Source: Gemmatimonadales bacterium
GTDB lineage: Bacteria; Gemmatimonadota; Gemmatimonadetes; Gemmatimonadales; GWC2-71-9
Direction of reading: 5' to 3'
Length of the DNA stretch: 64,000 bases
Assembly (NCBI GenBank): GCA_041615815.1
Contig: JBFJCP010000005.1
Location: forward strand, 32,001 to 96,000
Shown here: positions 30,694 to 41,193 of the stretch, piece by piece
Numbering within the stretch: the first letter of the stretch is position 1
How the letters are laid out: the number at the start of each line of letters is the position of its first letter
Program-made: the position numbers and the translations under genes
Notes under the pieces: model-generated
Database searches by the model: none
The model's input: only the letters and a program-made list of their open reading frames with translations
Told to the model about the DNA's origin: nothing

Positions 30694-31829
30694 ACCTACA
30701 CGAATATCAGGCGCGGGCGCTGCTGCAAGCAGCCGGGGTGCCCGTTCCCGACGGTGCCGTGGCGAGTACCCCCGTCGAGGTGGAGACGGCGGCCAAGGCC
30801 TTGGGTGGTGCGGTTGTCGTGAAGGCCCAGGTGCACGCCGGTGGCAGGGGCAAAGCGGGCGGCGTCAAGCTCGCGAAGTCCGCGACGGAGGCGCGACAAC
30901 ACGCCAAGCAGATCCTCGGGATGACCATCAAGGGTCTGACCGTCGAGAAGGTGCTGGTGGTCCCGACCGTCGACATCGTGTCGGAGAGCTATGTCGGGGT
31001 CATCGTGGATCGGGCCAGTCAGGTGCCGGTGTTGATGGTGAGTCCCGCTGGGGGGATCGATATCGAGGAAGTGGCCGCCAAGACACCCGAGAAAATCTTT
31101 CGTAGTGCGATCGATCCTCGCTACGGGCTCCTGTCCCACCAGGCAATGGGTCTCGCCTTTCGTCTCTACGACGACGTCCGGCATGTGCGCGCGGCCGCCA
31201 CCATCATGCGACAGCTCTATCACGCCTTCCAGGCGGCGGGTGGATCGCTGATGGAGATCAATCCCCTGGTGCTCACCGCGGACGGTGCCGTGGTGGCGTT
31301 GGACGCCAAACTGGCGGTGGACGACAACGAACTCGGCCGCCGTCCAGGGATCGCCAAACTCCGTGATCTCTCAGCTGAAGAGCCGGCGGAGGTGGAGGCA
31401 CGCGAGGCTGGCCTCTCCTATATCAAGCTCGATGGCCGTGTGGGGTGCTGTGTGAACGGGGCGGGGCTCGCCATGGCCACGATGGACTTGGTGAAGTACT
31501 ACGGGGGTGAGCCAGCCAACTTTCTGGATATCGGTGGTAGCAGCAGTCCCGAGAAGGTGATCACGGCCCTCAAGATCATCACCAGCGATGCCAACGTCCA
31601 GTCGATCCTGTTCAACATTTTCGGTGGGATAACGCGTTGCGATGACGTGGCCAACGGGATCGTGGCGGCCACATCCAAGAGCCAACTGGACCGCCCTATG
31701 GTGATTCGTCTCACCGGAACCAACGAAGATCAAGCCGTTGAGATTCTGCGTGCCGCCGGGTTCGAGGCCCTGACCGACATGGACGACGCGGTGAAGAAAG
31801 CCGTCAGACTGGCGAGTGAGGCGGCATGA
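30690..31829 (+). CDS. sucC: Succinyl-CoA synthetase beta subunit
   Basis: [40 protein letters not shown]. Confidence 0.96.
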   Translation: MNLHEYQARALLQAAGVPVPDGAVASTPVEVETAAKALGGAVVVKAQVHAGGRGKAGGVKLAKSATEARQHAKQILGMTIKGLTVEKVLVVPTVDIVSESYVGVIVDRASQVPVLMVSPAGGIDIEEVAAKTPEKIFRSAIDPRYGLLSHQAMGLAFRLYDDVRHVRAAATIMRQLYHAFQAAGGSLMEINPLVLTADGAVVALDAKLAVDDNELGRRPGIAKLRDLSAEEPAEVEAREAGLSYIKLDGRVGCCVNGAGLAMATMDLVKYYGGEPANFLDIGGSSSPEKVITALKIITSDANVQSILFNIFGGITRCDDVANGIVAATSKSQLDRPMVIRLTGTNEDQAVEILRAAGFEALTDMDDAVKKAVRLASEAA

Positions 31830-32695
31830 GCATCTTCATCGATCGAGCGACGAAACTGGTGGTCCAAGGCATCACCGGCCGGGACGGGTCCTTCCACGCC
31901 CAACAGATGCTGGAGTACGGAACCCAACTGGTGGCGGGGGTGACGCCGGGTAAGGGGGGCCAGGAGTTTGCAGGCCGAGTACCGATCTTCAACACGATGG
32001 CCGACGCGGTGGATGCCACCGGGGCGAACACGTCAGTCATCTATGTGCCTGCGCGGTTTGCGGTCGACGCCATCTATGAGGCGGCGGACGTTGGGATCCG
32101 GGTCATCGTGTGCATCACCGAGGGCGTCCCCGTCCTCGACATGACGCGGGTCATGCCATACCTGCGAGAGCGCAGCGCGCGACTCGTTGGTCCCAACTGT
32201 CCCGGGCTCATCGCCCCAGGGAAGTCCAAGGTGGGCATCATTCCAGGGCAGATTTGTCGAGAGGGTCGAATCGGGGTGGTCTCCCGGAGTGGGACCCTCA
32301 CGTACGAGATCATCCACCAGCTTTCGCGCGCAGCGTTCGGGCAGTCGACGTGCGTTGGCATCGGCGGCGATCCGATCATCGGAACGAACTTCGTGGATTG
32401 CCTGGCAGCGTTCGAGGCGGATGCGGAGACGCAGGGCGTCGTGATGATTGGTGAGATTGGCGGTACTGACGAACAGGAAGCGGCGCGGTACGTGGCGGAG
32501 CACATGCAGAAACCGGTGGTGGGATTCATTGCCGGACAGACGGCCCCGCCCGGCAGGCGTATGGGGCACGCGGGAGCCATCATCTCGGGCTCGTCAGGCA
32601 CGGCTGCGGAGAAGATGGCCGCGTTCGAGTCTGCTGGCATCAGCGTGATGAAACGCCCGGCCGACGTCGTGCCGTTGATGCGGGAACGTCTTTAA
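31826..32695 (+). CDS. sucD: Succinyl-CoA synthetase alpha subunit
   Basis: [27 protein letters not shown]. Confidence 0.96.
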   Translation: MSIFIDRATKLVVQGITGRDGSFHAQQMLEYGTQLVAGVTPGKGGQEFAGRVPIFNTMADAVDATGANTSVIYVPARFAVDAIYEAADVGIRVIVCITEGVPVLDMTRVMPYLRERSARLVGPNCPGLIAPGKSKVGIIPGQICREGRIGVVSRSGTLTYEIIHQLSRAAFGQSTCVGIGGDPIIGTNFVDCLAAFEADAETQGVVMIGEIGGTDEQEAARYVAEHMQKPVVGFIAGQTAPPGRRMGHAGAIISGSSGTAAEKMAAFESAGISVMKRPADVVPLMRERL

Positions 32696-32701
32696 GCGCA
32701 G

Positions 32702-33604
32702 ATGAAGCTCATCGAGTTGCTCACACCGGAGCGGGTCCTCGTCCCACTCGTCGCGGACCGGCTCGACGACGCTGCCCGCCAGCTCGTTGAGGCGATCGTC
32801 GCCTCCGGGGCCACCGTTGACGCCGCAAAGCTCCAGGAGCTCATCGCGGCAGAAGTACCCAGTCAGGTCGTGAGTTTGGGCGATGCCTTCTTACTGCACC
32901 TGAGGACGGATGCCGTGCCGCAACTCGTGGCGGCGCTCGGGGTCACCACGGAACCCATCCAGCGGGATGAGGAGGCCGGAAGCAAGGCGGCGCGAGTGAT
33001 TCTGGTTGTCGTGGGTCCACCCAAAGAAGCCTCATCGTATCTGCAAACCCTCAGTGCCTTCTCGCGCGTGTTGAGCCAACCGGAAGTCGCGGACGCCATC
33101 CTCGCTGCCAAGACCCCGGCCGACGTGCTGGATGTTGCCTCGCTCTCGGACATCGAGCTCCGCGGATACCTCACGGTTCGAGACGTCATGGTGCCTCGAA
33201 TGCTGTCGGTCCGGCCGGATACCACCCTTGGAGAGGCTTCGCGCGTGATGGTGGCGCACCGGGTTTCGGCCGTGCCGGTGGTCTCGGATTCCAATGAGCT
33301 GCTCGGCATGGTGACCCACCGCGAAGTGCTGCGGTACTTGCTGCCGGTGTTCGTTAAGCGGATGAGTGGTCCCGCGGCCACGGCGCCGGATGGGTCGGGC
33401 GAGGCCAGGGGCGATCCCCACGATCTCCCGGTTCGGGAGGTGATGGACCGGAGCGTGCTTTCGGTCTCCGAGGAGCAGACCCTCGCTGAGGTCGCGACCC
33501 TGATGGTGAACAAAGACCTGGAACGCTTTCCCGTGGTACGGGAAGGAACTCTGATCGGGTTTCTGACCCGTGAGGACGTGGTCCGTCGAATCTTTGGCCG
33601 CTAG
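32702..33604 (+). CDS. PTS EIIA-like domain fused to CBS pair
   Basis: N-terminal EIIA-2-like region (LLHLRT; YLQTLSAFSRVL); TVRDVM..PVV..GMVT and VREVM..FPVV..GFLTRED. Confidence 0.72.
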   Translation: MKLIELLTPERVLVPLVADRLDDAARQLVEAIVASGATVDAAKLQELIAAEVPSQVVSLGDAFLLHLRTDAVPQLVAALGVTTEPIQRDEEAGSKAARVILVVVGPPKEASSYLQTLSAFSRVLSQPEVADAILAAKTPADVLDVASLSDIELRGYLTVRDVMVPRMLSVRPDTTLGEASRVMVAHRVSAVPVVSDSNELLGMVTHREVLRYLLPVFVKRMSGPAATAPDGSGEARGDPHDLPVREVMDRSVLSVSEEQTLAEVATLMVNKDLERFPVVREGTLIGFLTREDVVRRIFGR

Positions 33605-33618
33605 GAGGCCTAGTCATC

Positions 33619-34068
33619 ATGGCGCAGGCCGTTCAACACACGCTGGCAATCATCAAGCCGGACGCCGTGGCCTCCGGCAAGGCGGGAAAGATCCTCGAAC
33701 ATCTCGAGTCGGCGGGCTTCGTGGTTCGGGCGGCGAGACTGGTTCGCCTATCAATGGCCGAGGCCGAAGCATTCTATGCCGTGCACCGCGAGCGGCCGTT
33801 CTTCGGTTCGCTCGTGAAGTTCATGACCTCTGGGCCCTGCCTCCCCATCGTCGTGGAACGCGCCAACGCCGTGCCGCACTTGCGAACCGTGGTGGGCGCG
33901 ACCGATCCGGCGGAAGCGGATTCCGGAACTGTTCGCCACCGCTACGGCGAATCGAAAGAGCGCAATGCGATCCACGCATCGGATTCTCCGGAGAACGGGG
34001 AGAAGGAGATCGCGTTCTTTTTTGCCGCCAGCGAGCTCCAGCGGCTGTGGGGAGCGCTCGCTCGTTGA
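33619..34068 (+). CDS. ndk: Nucleoside diphosphate kinase
   Basis: IIKPDAV, FYAVHRERPFF, GATDP, NAIHASDS. Confidence 0.96.
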   Translation: MAQAVQHTLAIIKPDAVASGKAGKILEHLESAGFVVRAARLVRLSMAEAEAFYAVHRERPFFGSLVKFMTSGPCLPIVVERANAVPHLRTVVGATDPAEADSGTVRHRYGESKERNAIHASDSPENGEKEIAFFFAASELQRLWGALAR

Positions 34069-34093
34069 CGCAAGTTAGTGTGCTAGTTAGCTT
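34065..34093 (+). promoter_or_regulatory. sigma70-type promoter TTGACG-17-TAGCTT
   Basis: Ideal spacing; -10 ends 8 nt before yceD ATG. Confidence 0.6.
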
Positions 34094-34101
34094 TACAGGC
34101 T

Positions 34102-34602
34102 ATGTTCACGATAGACCTCGCTGGTGTGGGCAGCGGCCCGGTTACGACCGACGTCGAGATCCCGGCCGATCATGCGGTTCTCCAGGATCTGGCTGTTCGC
34201 TTCGCCGGTCCCGTGCGTGTTACCGGGCGACTCACCGAGTCGGGACCCGGACGCTATTACTGGCAGGCCGAGGTTGCGGGGTTCGTGCATGCGACGTGTC
34301 GTCGCTGCTTGACGCCGGTGGATGTGCCGTTGCAGGCGCCGGTCAACGTTTTGTTTTGTGAAGACCCCGGTGCGGATGACGCTTCCATCTACGTCATCCC
34401 GGCCCAGAGTCGAGAGCTCGATCTCAGCGAGGCCATCCGGGAAGAGCTCCTGCTCGCGCTTCCGGAATACGTCCTCTGTCGCGACGACTGTCGGGGATTG
34501 TGCGCGGGCTGTGGCAACGATTTGAACACGGGAGCCTGCACCTGCGAGCCGGACACCGACCCGCGGTGGTCGGTGTTATCCTCGCTCAAGCGGCCCCAAT
34601 GA
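34102..34602 (+). CDS. yceD: YceD/DUF177 family protein
   Basis: CRRCL, LCRDDCRGLCAGCG, DPRW; upstream of rpmF. Confidence 0.88.
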   Translation: MFTIDLAGVGSGPVTTDVEIPADHAVLQDLAVRFAGPVRVTGRLTESGPGRYYWQAEVAGFVHATCRRCLTPVDVPLQAPVNVLFCEDPGADDASIYVIPAQSRELDLSEAIREELLLALPEYVLCRDDCRGLCAGCGNDLNTGACTCEPDTDPRWSVLSSLKRPQ

Positions 34603-34622
34603 TACGAGAAAGGTAGATCGTC

Positions 34623-34805
34623 ATGGCTGTTCCCAAGCGCAGGACATCCAAGAGCCGGAAGCGGAAGCGCCGCACGCACGACAAGGCTGCCATCCCCGCC
34701 GTCCAACCGTGTCCGCGATGTGGCGATCCCCGCCGACCGCACCGGGTGTGTCCCAGTTGCGGCTACTATGGGGGAGAGCAGCGGGTCACCGTCGAGGACG
34801 TCTAA
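34623..34805 (+). CDS. rpmF: 50S ribosomal protein L32 (Zn-ribbon type)
   Basis: [24 protein letters not shown]. Confidence 0.96.
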   Translation: MAVPKRRTSKSRKRKRRTHDKAAIPAVQPCPRCGDPRRPHRVCPSCGYYGGEQRVTVEDV

Positions 34806-34808
34806 TCC

Positions 34809-35801
34809 ATGCCCCGTATCGCACTGGACGCCATGGGAGGGGACCGAGTCCCACAGACGCCCGTGGCGGGTGCGGTAGACGCGCTTCGCGAACTTCCGGC
34901 ATCGACGGAGATTCTCTTGGTCGGCCAGCGCGATCGCATCGAGGCCGCCTTGGCCACGCAGGAGGGGCCCCGGGACCGCGTGACGATCGTGGACGCGCCG
35001 GAGCAAATCGGGATGAGCGAACAACCCCTGGCCGCGCTGCGCGGGAAGCCGCGCTCCTCGATCCGGATAGGGCTGGAGCTCCAGAAGAAGGGTGAGGCCG
35101 ACGCGTTCATCTCCGCCGGGAACACCGGCGCGATCATGGCTGCCAGCCTCCTGCTCCTCGGACTCCATCCAGGGGTCGAGCGTCCGGCCATCGCCACACT
35201 CTTTCCCACCGGTGCCAAGCCGGTCCTGGTGCTGGACAGTGGGGCGAATATCGATTGCTCGCCCAAGGAACTGTGCGGCTTCGCCCATCTCGGCTCGGTC
35301 TATGCGCGAGACGTACTCGGACGGGCGGCTCCGATCGTGGGACTTCTCAACATCGGGGAGGAACCCGAGAAGGGAAACGCCGCGGTCCGCGAGGCGTACG
35401 CGCTTCTCCGCGACGATCCCGGCCTTCGCTTCGCCGGCAACGTCGAGGGGCGTGACATCCTCAAGGGTGCCTGTGACGTCGTCGTGTGCGACGGTTTCGT
35501 CGGCAACGTCGTGCTCAAGTTCTACGAATCCGTGGCGGATGTTTTTCGCGACTTCTTGCGCCGGGAAATGGACCCGATCGTTCTGAAGAGCTCTGCGATG
35601 CAGCGCGTGTTCCGCGTACTCGATTACGCTGAGTACGGTGGGGCACCGCTGCTGGGTGTGCAAGGTGTATCCATCATTTGCCACGGTGCGTCACCACCGC
35701 AGGCCATCAAGAACGCGATCCGTGTCGCGCTACAGGCGGTCGAAAGCGACGTCAGTCGCCATATCGGCGCGGAACTCGCCAGCGACGGAGCCGCCGCATG
35801 A
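34809..35801 (+). CDS. plsX: Phosphate acyltransferase
   Basis: ALDAMGGD, SAGNTGA, NIGEE, CDGFVGN, YGGAPLLG. Confidence 0.95.
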   Translation: MPRIALDAMGGDRVPQTPVAGAVDALRELPASTEILLVGQRDRIEAALATQEGPRDRVTIVDAPEQIGMSEQPLAALRGKPRSSIRIGLELQKKGEADAFISAGNTGAIMAASLLLLGLHPGVERPAIATLFPTGAKPVLVLDSGANIDCSPKELCGFAHLGSVYARDVLGRAAPIVGLLNIGEEPEKGNAAVREAYALLRDDPGLRFAGNVEGRDILKGACDVVVCDGFVGNVVLKFYESVADVFRDFLRREMDPIVLKSSAMQRVFRVLDYAEYGGAPLLGVQGVSIICHGASPPQAIKNAIRVALQAVESDVSRHIGAELASDGAAA

Positions 35802-36787
35802 AACGACCTCTTGCCGAGCTCGCGGCCACTGGACGGTACGTGCCGTCCAAGGTGCTCACCAACGCGGATTTCGAGCGAATGGTGGATACGTCCGACGAAT
35901 GGATTCGCGAACGCACTGGGATAAGCGAGCGTCGGATCTCAGAGCCCCACGAGACCGTTGCGTACATGGCCAAGATGGCGTGCGAGCAGGCGCTCGAGGC
36001 GGCCGACGTCGCCGTGGACGATGTCGACACGATCATCTTGGCCACCGCATCCCCCGACCGGTTCTTGCCAGCCACGGCCTGCGATGTGCAGGCGGAGCTG
36101 GGGGCGACGAACGCTGCGGCGTTCGATCTCGGTGCGGCCTGCAGCGGTTTCTTGTACGGGCTCACGGTGGCGGAGGGGATGATCAGTACGGGCGCGACCG
36201 AGAACGCACTCGTGATCGGCGGGGAACGGATGTCGACGATCGTCGATTACACCGATCGGGCCACCGCCGTCCTCTTTGGCGATGGTGCGGGAGCCGCACT
36301 CGTCCGCCCGGTGCGTAACGGCGCCCGAGGCATTCTCTCCAGCTACATGAAATCCGATGGCAAGCTCGGAGATCTCTTGTATCGTCCCGGGGGAGGCGGA
36401 AACCATCCGCCGGATCCCACCCTCATCGACGACCGGGGGTATTTCGTCAAGATGGCCGGGCGCGAGGTCTTCAAATCGGCGGTCCGATCGATGGCGGATG
36501 CCTGTGATCGTGCCCTCGAGCGAGCCGGTGTGTCCGGAGAGGACATCGACATTCTGATTCCGCATCAGGCCAACATTCGGATCATCGAGGCTACGGCCAA
36601 GCATGCGGCGATCCCGATGGACAAGGTGTACGTGAATGTGGATCGGTATGGAAACACGTCGGCGGCGTCCATCCCCATCGCCCTCGATGAATGTGTGCGT
36701 TGCGGCCTGATCCAGGCCGGTGCCCTCGTGCTGCTCTGTGCGTTCGGGGGTGGATTCACGTGGGCCAGCGTCGTGCTCCGGTGGTAA
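35798..36787 (+). CDS. fabH: Beta-ketoacyl-ACP synthase III
   Basis: AACSGF, FGDGAGA, PHQANIRI, GNTSAAS. Confidence 0.95.
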   Translation: MKRPLAELAATGRYVPSKVLTNADFERMVDTSDEWIRERTGISERRISEPHETVAYMAKMACEQALEAADVAVDDVDTIILATASPDRFLPATACDVQAELGATNAAAFDLGAACSGFLYGLTVAEGMISTGATENALVIGGERMSTIVDYTDRATAVLFGDGAGAALVRPVRNGARGILSSYMKSDGKLGDLLYRPGGGGNHPPDPTLIDDRGYFVKMAGREVFKSAVRSMADACDRALERAGVSGEDIDILIPHQANIRIIEATAKHAAIPMDKVYVNVDRYGNTSAASIPIALDECVRCGLIQAGALVLLCAFGGGFTWASVVLRW

Positions 36788-37719
36788 AGGCAGTTCTCCT
36801 CTGCCCCGGTCAGGGGTCTCAACGGGTGGGGATGGGGAAGGATCTCGCCGAACGATTCTCCGCTGCCCGAGACACCTTTGCCGCGGCCGACGAGGCGCTC
36901 GGGATGTCGCTGTCGCGGCTCGCCTGGGAGGGTCCCGAAGAGGAACTGACCCTCACGCACAACGCGCAGCCAGCGATTCTCGTGCACAGTCTGGCGGTCT
37001 TCGCGGTCGTCACCGCCGCGGTCGAGCCTCAGCTGGCGGCGGGGCATTCACTGGGGGAGTACACCGCGTACGCTGCGGCGGATGCCCTCGCGTGGGCCGA
37101 TGCCGCGCGACTGGTGCGGCGTCGGGGCGAGCTCATGTTGGATGCAGGCAAACAGCGTCCGGGGACCATGGCAGCCGTGATTGGATTGGACCCGCAGGAG
37201 GTGGTGGCGGCGTGCGAGGCGCAGAGTGGGGAGGGACGAGTGGTGGTAGCGGCGAACTTCAACGCGCCAGATCAAACGGTGATCTCGGGAGATCCCGCCG
37301 CGGTCACGCAGGCGAGCGAGCAGCTGCAAGCAGCCGGGGCAAGACGGGTCCTGCCACTCAAGGTGAGTGGCGCATTTCATTCGCCGCTCATGATGCCGGC
37401 GCAGATGGGACTGCGTCACGAGCTGGACCAGGTGGAGCTCCGCGAGCCAACGTGTCCGGTGATCGCCAACGCCACGGGCGAACCGGTGACCACCAGTGCC
37501 GATGCCCGGCGACTGCTGAACGAGCAGTTGACGTCGCCCGTGCGGTGGGTCTCGTCGATGGAACACGCTGCGGCTGCGGCCGATGACGATGTCCTGTTCG
37601 TCGAGATCGGTCCCGGGACGGTTTTGGCAGGATTGCTCAAACGCATCGTTCAGGGATCGCAGGCCATCAGTTTGGCCAGCGCCGAGCACGTGGAGGGGTT
37701 CTTGGAGCAGCACGGATGA
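36781..37719 (+). CDS. fabD: Malonyl-CoA:ACP transacylase
   Basis: PGQGSQ, GHSLGE, SGAFHS. Confidence 0.95.
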   Translation: MVKAVLLCPGQGSQRVGMGKDLAERFSAARDTFAAADEALGMSLSRLAWEGPEEELTLTHNAQPAILVHSLAVFAVVTAAVEPQLAAGHSLGEYTAYAAADALAWADAARLVRRRGELMLDAGKQRPGTMAAVIGLDPQEVVAACEAQSGEGRVVVAANFNAPDQTVISGDPAAVTQASEQLQAAGARRVLPLKVSGAFHSPLMMPAQMGLRHELDQVELREPTCPVIANATGEPVTTSADARRLLNEQLTSPVRWVSSMEHAAAAADDDVLFVEIGPGTVLAGLLKRIVQGSQAISLASAEHVEGFLEQHG

Positions 37720-38456
37720 TCGACCTGCGAGGCCGAGTTGCCGTCGTCACGGGAGGGTCACGCGGCATCGGTTTGGCCATCGCCGAGCGACTGGCGACGC
37801 ATGGCGCTCACGTCGCGCTGTTTGGTCGAGATGAAGCGCGAGCGCGTTCGGCGGCTGAGGGGCTCGGCGGTGAGGGCCGGGGGATGGGAATTGCGGCTGA
37901 CGTCGGCGATCCCGCGCAAGCCGAAGCTGCGACGGCGACGGTGGAGCGCGAACTCGGACCGGTCGACATCTTGGTGAACAATGCTGGCGTGACGCGTGAC
38001 GGTGTGCTGGTCAGGATGAGCCACGAGGACTGGGACACCGTGCTGGACGTCAACCTCCGGGGCGCGTTCACGCTGATGAAGTTGGTGACACGGGGGATGA
38101 TGAAGCGGCGGTGGGGACGAATTGTCAACGTCACGAGCGTCGTGGGTCTCACCGGCAATCGTGGGCAAGCCAATTACGCAGCCTCCAAAGCCGGGCTCAT
38201 CGGCCTCACCAAGGCGGCGGCGAAGGAATTGGCGACGCGCAACATCCTCGTCAACGCCGTTGCACCCGGATTCATCGACACGGACATGACTCGCGATCTG
38301 CCCGATGAAGCCAAGCAAGCGTTGCTACAACAAATTCCCTTGGGACGGCTCGGCACGGCAGCGGAAGTCGCCGGTGTCGTACTCTTCCTTGCGTCGGACC
38401 TGGCGAACTACATTACAGGCCAAGTGCTGGTAGTCGATGGTGGAATGGTCACCTGA
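37716..38456 (+). CDS. fabG: 3-oxoacyl-ACP reductase
   Basis: [25 protein letters not shown]. Confidence 0.95.
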   Translation: MIDLRGRVAVVTGGSRGIGLAIAERLATHGAHVALFGRDEARARSAAEGLGGEGRGMGIAADVGDPAQAEAATATVERELGPVDILVNNAGVTRDGVLVRMSHEDWDTVLDVNLRGAFTLMKLVTRGMMKRRWGRIVNVTSVVGLTGNRGQANYAASKAGLIGLTKAAAKELATRNILVNAVAPGFIDTDMTRDLPDEAKQALLQQIPLGRLGTAAEVAGVVLFLASDLANYITGQVLVVDGGMVT

Positions 38457-38482
38457 ACAAACCTGTGAGAGGCAGGGGTGAA

Positions 38483-38731
38483 ATGACCGACATGGCGCAA
38501 TTGCAGGAGAAGGTCAGAGACATCATCGTCGAGGAATTGGGTGTCGAGCGAGACAAGCTCTCCGACGGTGCAAGTTTCATGGAGGATCTTGGCGCCGACA
38601 GCCTCGATACCGTCGAGCTCGTGATGGCGTTCGAAAAAGAATTCGACATCGATATCCCGGACGAGGAGGCCGAACAGCTTCGTACCGTTGGTGATGCCAT
38701 GAAGTACCTCCACGAGAAGCTGGGGAAATAG
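38483..38731 (+). CDS. acpP: Acyl carrier protein (start 38483 or 38492)
   Basis: [14 protein letters not shown]. Confidence 0.95.
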   Translation: MTDMAQLQEKVRDIIVEELGVERDKLSDGASFMEDLGADSLDTVELVMAFEKEFDIDIPDEEAEQLRTVGDAMKYLHEKLGK

Positions 38732-38735
38732 TCCG

Positions 38736-39977
38736 TTGGCACGGCGCGTCGTCGTCACCGGGTTGGGGATCCTCTCTCCGCTCGGCAAGTCGACAGCAGA
38801 ATCGTGGCAGGGGCTGATTGCGGGACGGTCCGGAGCCGGTCCCATCGAACGGTTCGATCCGTCCAACCTCGATGTGCGGTTCGGGTGCGAGGTCGAGAAC
38901 TTCGATCCGTTGGAATTCATGGATCGGAAAGAGGCAAAGCGGTGCGACCTGTACGCGCAGTACGGCATCGCGGCGGCGGAGCAGGCCATGCAGGATGCCT
39001 GCTTCAATGGAAGGCGACCGGCCGACGATCGGATCGGCGTCATCGTGGGAAGTGGCATCGGCGGGATCTGGACGTTCGAGGAGCAATGCAAGCTCTACCT
39101 CGAGAAGGGACCCAACCGCGTTTCGCCATTCTTCGTTCCCATGTTCATCCCCGACATGGCGTCCGGTTTGATTTCTATCCGGCTGAGCGCCCGAGGGCCG
39201 AACTACTGCACCGTCTCGGCCTGCGCTTCGTCGGCGCATGCCATCGGTGAGTCGTTTCGGCTGATCCAAAACGGGACGGCCGATGTGATGGTGACCGGGG
39301 GGGCCGAAGCGGCCATCACGCCCTTGTCGATTGCCGGGTTTTCCAATATGAAAGCCCTCTCGACTCGCAATGACGACCCCCAGCGAGCGTCCCGTCCATT
39401 CGATCGCGACCGGGACGGGTTTGTCATGGGCGACGGCTCGGGGATTGTGGTGTTGGAGGAACTCGAACATGCGTTGGATCGGGGGGCACGAATCTACGCC
39501 GAGGTCATCGGGTACGGCATGAGCGCCGATGCCCATCACATGACTCAACCTGCCCCCGGTGGTGCAGGGGCCAAGCTCGCGATGCGTGCGTGTTTACGTG
39601 ATGCACGGCTCGAACCCGCGGACGTCGACTATATCAACCCTCACGGCACCTCCACGCCCCATGGCGACGTGGCCGAGATCAACGCCGTCAAGGATGTCCT
39701 CGGTGACCACGCGTCCCAGCTGGTGATCAGCTCAACCAAGTCGATGACGGGGCACCTGCTCGGCGCCGCGGGGGGCCTGGAGTTCGGTGTGTGTGTGCTT
39801 GCGATTCAACAGGGCATCATTCCGCCCACCATCAACGTCGAGCATCAAGATCCCGAATGCGATCTCAATGTGGCGCCCAACCAAGCGGTGCACCGCGACG
39901 TACGTGTCGCGTTGTCCAACTCTTTCGGATTCGGTGGCCATAACGTCACGCTCGCCGTCCGTCGTTACCAATCCTGA
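38736..39977 (+). CDS. fabF: Beta-ketoacyl-ACP synthase II
   Basis: RRVVVTGLG, SACASS, HGTST, KSMTGHLLG, NSFGFGG; TTG start. Confidence 0.95.
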   Translation: MARRVVVTGLGILSPLGKSTAESWQGLIAGRSGAGPIERFDPSNLDVRFGCEVENFDPLEFMDRKEAKRCDLYAQYGIAAAEQAMQDACFNGRRPADDRIGVIVGSGIGGIWTFEEQCKLYLEKGPNRVSPFFVPMFIPDMASGLISIRLSARGPNYCTVSACASSAHAIGESFRLIQNGTADVMVTGGAEAAITPLSIAGFSNMKALSTRNDDPQRASRPFDRDRDGFVMGDGSGIVVLEELEHALDRGARIYAEVIGYGMSADAHHMTQPAPGGAGAKLAMRACLRDARLEPADVDYINPHGTSTPHGDVAEINAVKDVLGDHASQLVISSTKSMTGHLLGAAGGLEFGVCVLAIQQGIIPPTINVEHQDPECDLNVAPNQAVHRDVRVALSNSFGFGGHNVTLAVRRYQS

Positions 39978-41188
39978 TGCCCAGCGCGCCGATGGAAGAT
40001 CCGGGCCTCGGTGCCATCGCCGAGAAGGTGAACGCCGGGGAGCGTTTGACGCCGGATGACGCCCTCCGGCTCTTCGAGAGTGACGATCTCTTGGGCCTCG
40101 GCGCCCTGGCGGACGCCGCAAATCGCCGGACCAACGGGGATCGGGTCTTCTTTTCCGCCAATCAGCATCTCAATCCCACGAACGTTTGCGTGCTTCGAAA
40201 AACGTGCGTGTTCTGCTCCTTTGCGAGAATGCCGAAGGAAGAAGGAGCGTATACGCGGTCCCTGGAGGAGGTCTTTGCAGAGGCGGAGGCGGCACGCTAC
40301 AATCCGACGCGCGAATTTCACATTGTTGGGGGCCTGCATCCCAAGCTGCGCCTTTCCTATTACACCGACTTGATTCGAGGACTCAAGGAGCGACATCCCG
40401 ACGTCCACATCAAGGCGCTGACGGCGGTCGAGATCGCCCATCTCGCCCATGTGGAGCGGACCGCGACCGTCGACGTGCTGCAAGCCCTGCAGGCGGCGGG
40501 ACTAGACACGCTGCCCGGTGGCGGTGCGGAGGTCTTCGGTCCGGCCGTTCGGGACACCATCGCCGATCGGAAGCTCGACGCCGAGGACTGGCTTCGCGTC
40601 CATCGCGAAGCCCACGCACTTGGGATCGCTACCAACTGCACCATGCTCTACGGTCACGTCGAAACGCTGGCGGATCGGGTCGAGCATCTCTCACAGCTGC
40701 GTGACTTACAGGACGAGACCGGGGGATTTCTCACGTACATCCCACTGGCCTACCATCCGGATCACAACGAGTTGGGGGCGGAGCTCGGTCGGGAGGGAAC
40801 CGCCACGACGGGTTTCGAGGATCTGAAGAACATTGCCGTCGGTCGGATGTTTCTCGACAACATCCCGCATGTGAAGACCCACTGGCCCATGGTCACGCCG
40901 TTCATCTCGCAGATCGCCCTGGCGTTCGGGTGCGATGACGTCGAGGGCACGGTGGTGTATGAGCGCGTGTACCACGACGCCGGCGCACGAACCCCAATGA
41001 TGCTGTCCTATGGTGATATCGTTCGGATGATCCGTGGTGCCGGCCGGGAGCCGGTGGAGCGCGATTCGCTGTATCGTACCGTGAGGACCTTTGCACCGGA
41101 CGACCCGATTTTTGATCCCATGAGCGAGGACGGTGCCGTCGCAACCTCTCCAGCATTGGTGGAGCTGGTCGGGACGGGGCGGGCGTAA
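39977..41188 (+). CDS. mqnE: Aminofutalosine synthase (radical SAM, CofH/MqnC family)
   Basis: HIVGGLHP, HIKALTAVEI, PGGGAE, TMLYGHVE, LQDETGGF; next to mqnA/mqnC. Confidence 0.85.
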   Translation: MPSAPMEDPGLGAIAEKVNAGERLTPDDALRLFESDDLLGLGALADAANRRTNGDRVFFSANQHLNPTNVCVLRKTCVFCSFARMPKEEGAYTRSLEEVFAEAEAARYNPTREFHIVGGLHPKLRLSYYTDLIRGLKERHPDVHIKALTAVEIAHLAHVERTATVDVLQALQAAGLDTLPGGGAEVFGPAVRDTIADRKLDAEDWLRVHREAHALGIATNCTMLYGHVETLADRVEHLSQLRDLQDETGGFLTYIPLAYHPDHNELGAELGREGTATTGFEDLKNIAVGRMFLDNIPHVKTHWPMVTPFISQIALAFGCDDVEGTVVYERVYHDAGARTPMMLSYGDIVRMIRGAGREPVERDSLYRTVRTFAPDDPIFDPMSEDGAVATSPALVELVGTGRA

Positions 41189-41193
41189 GGCCG

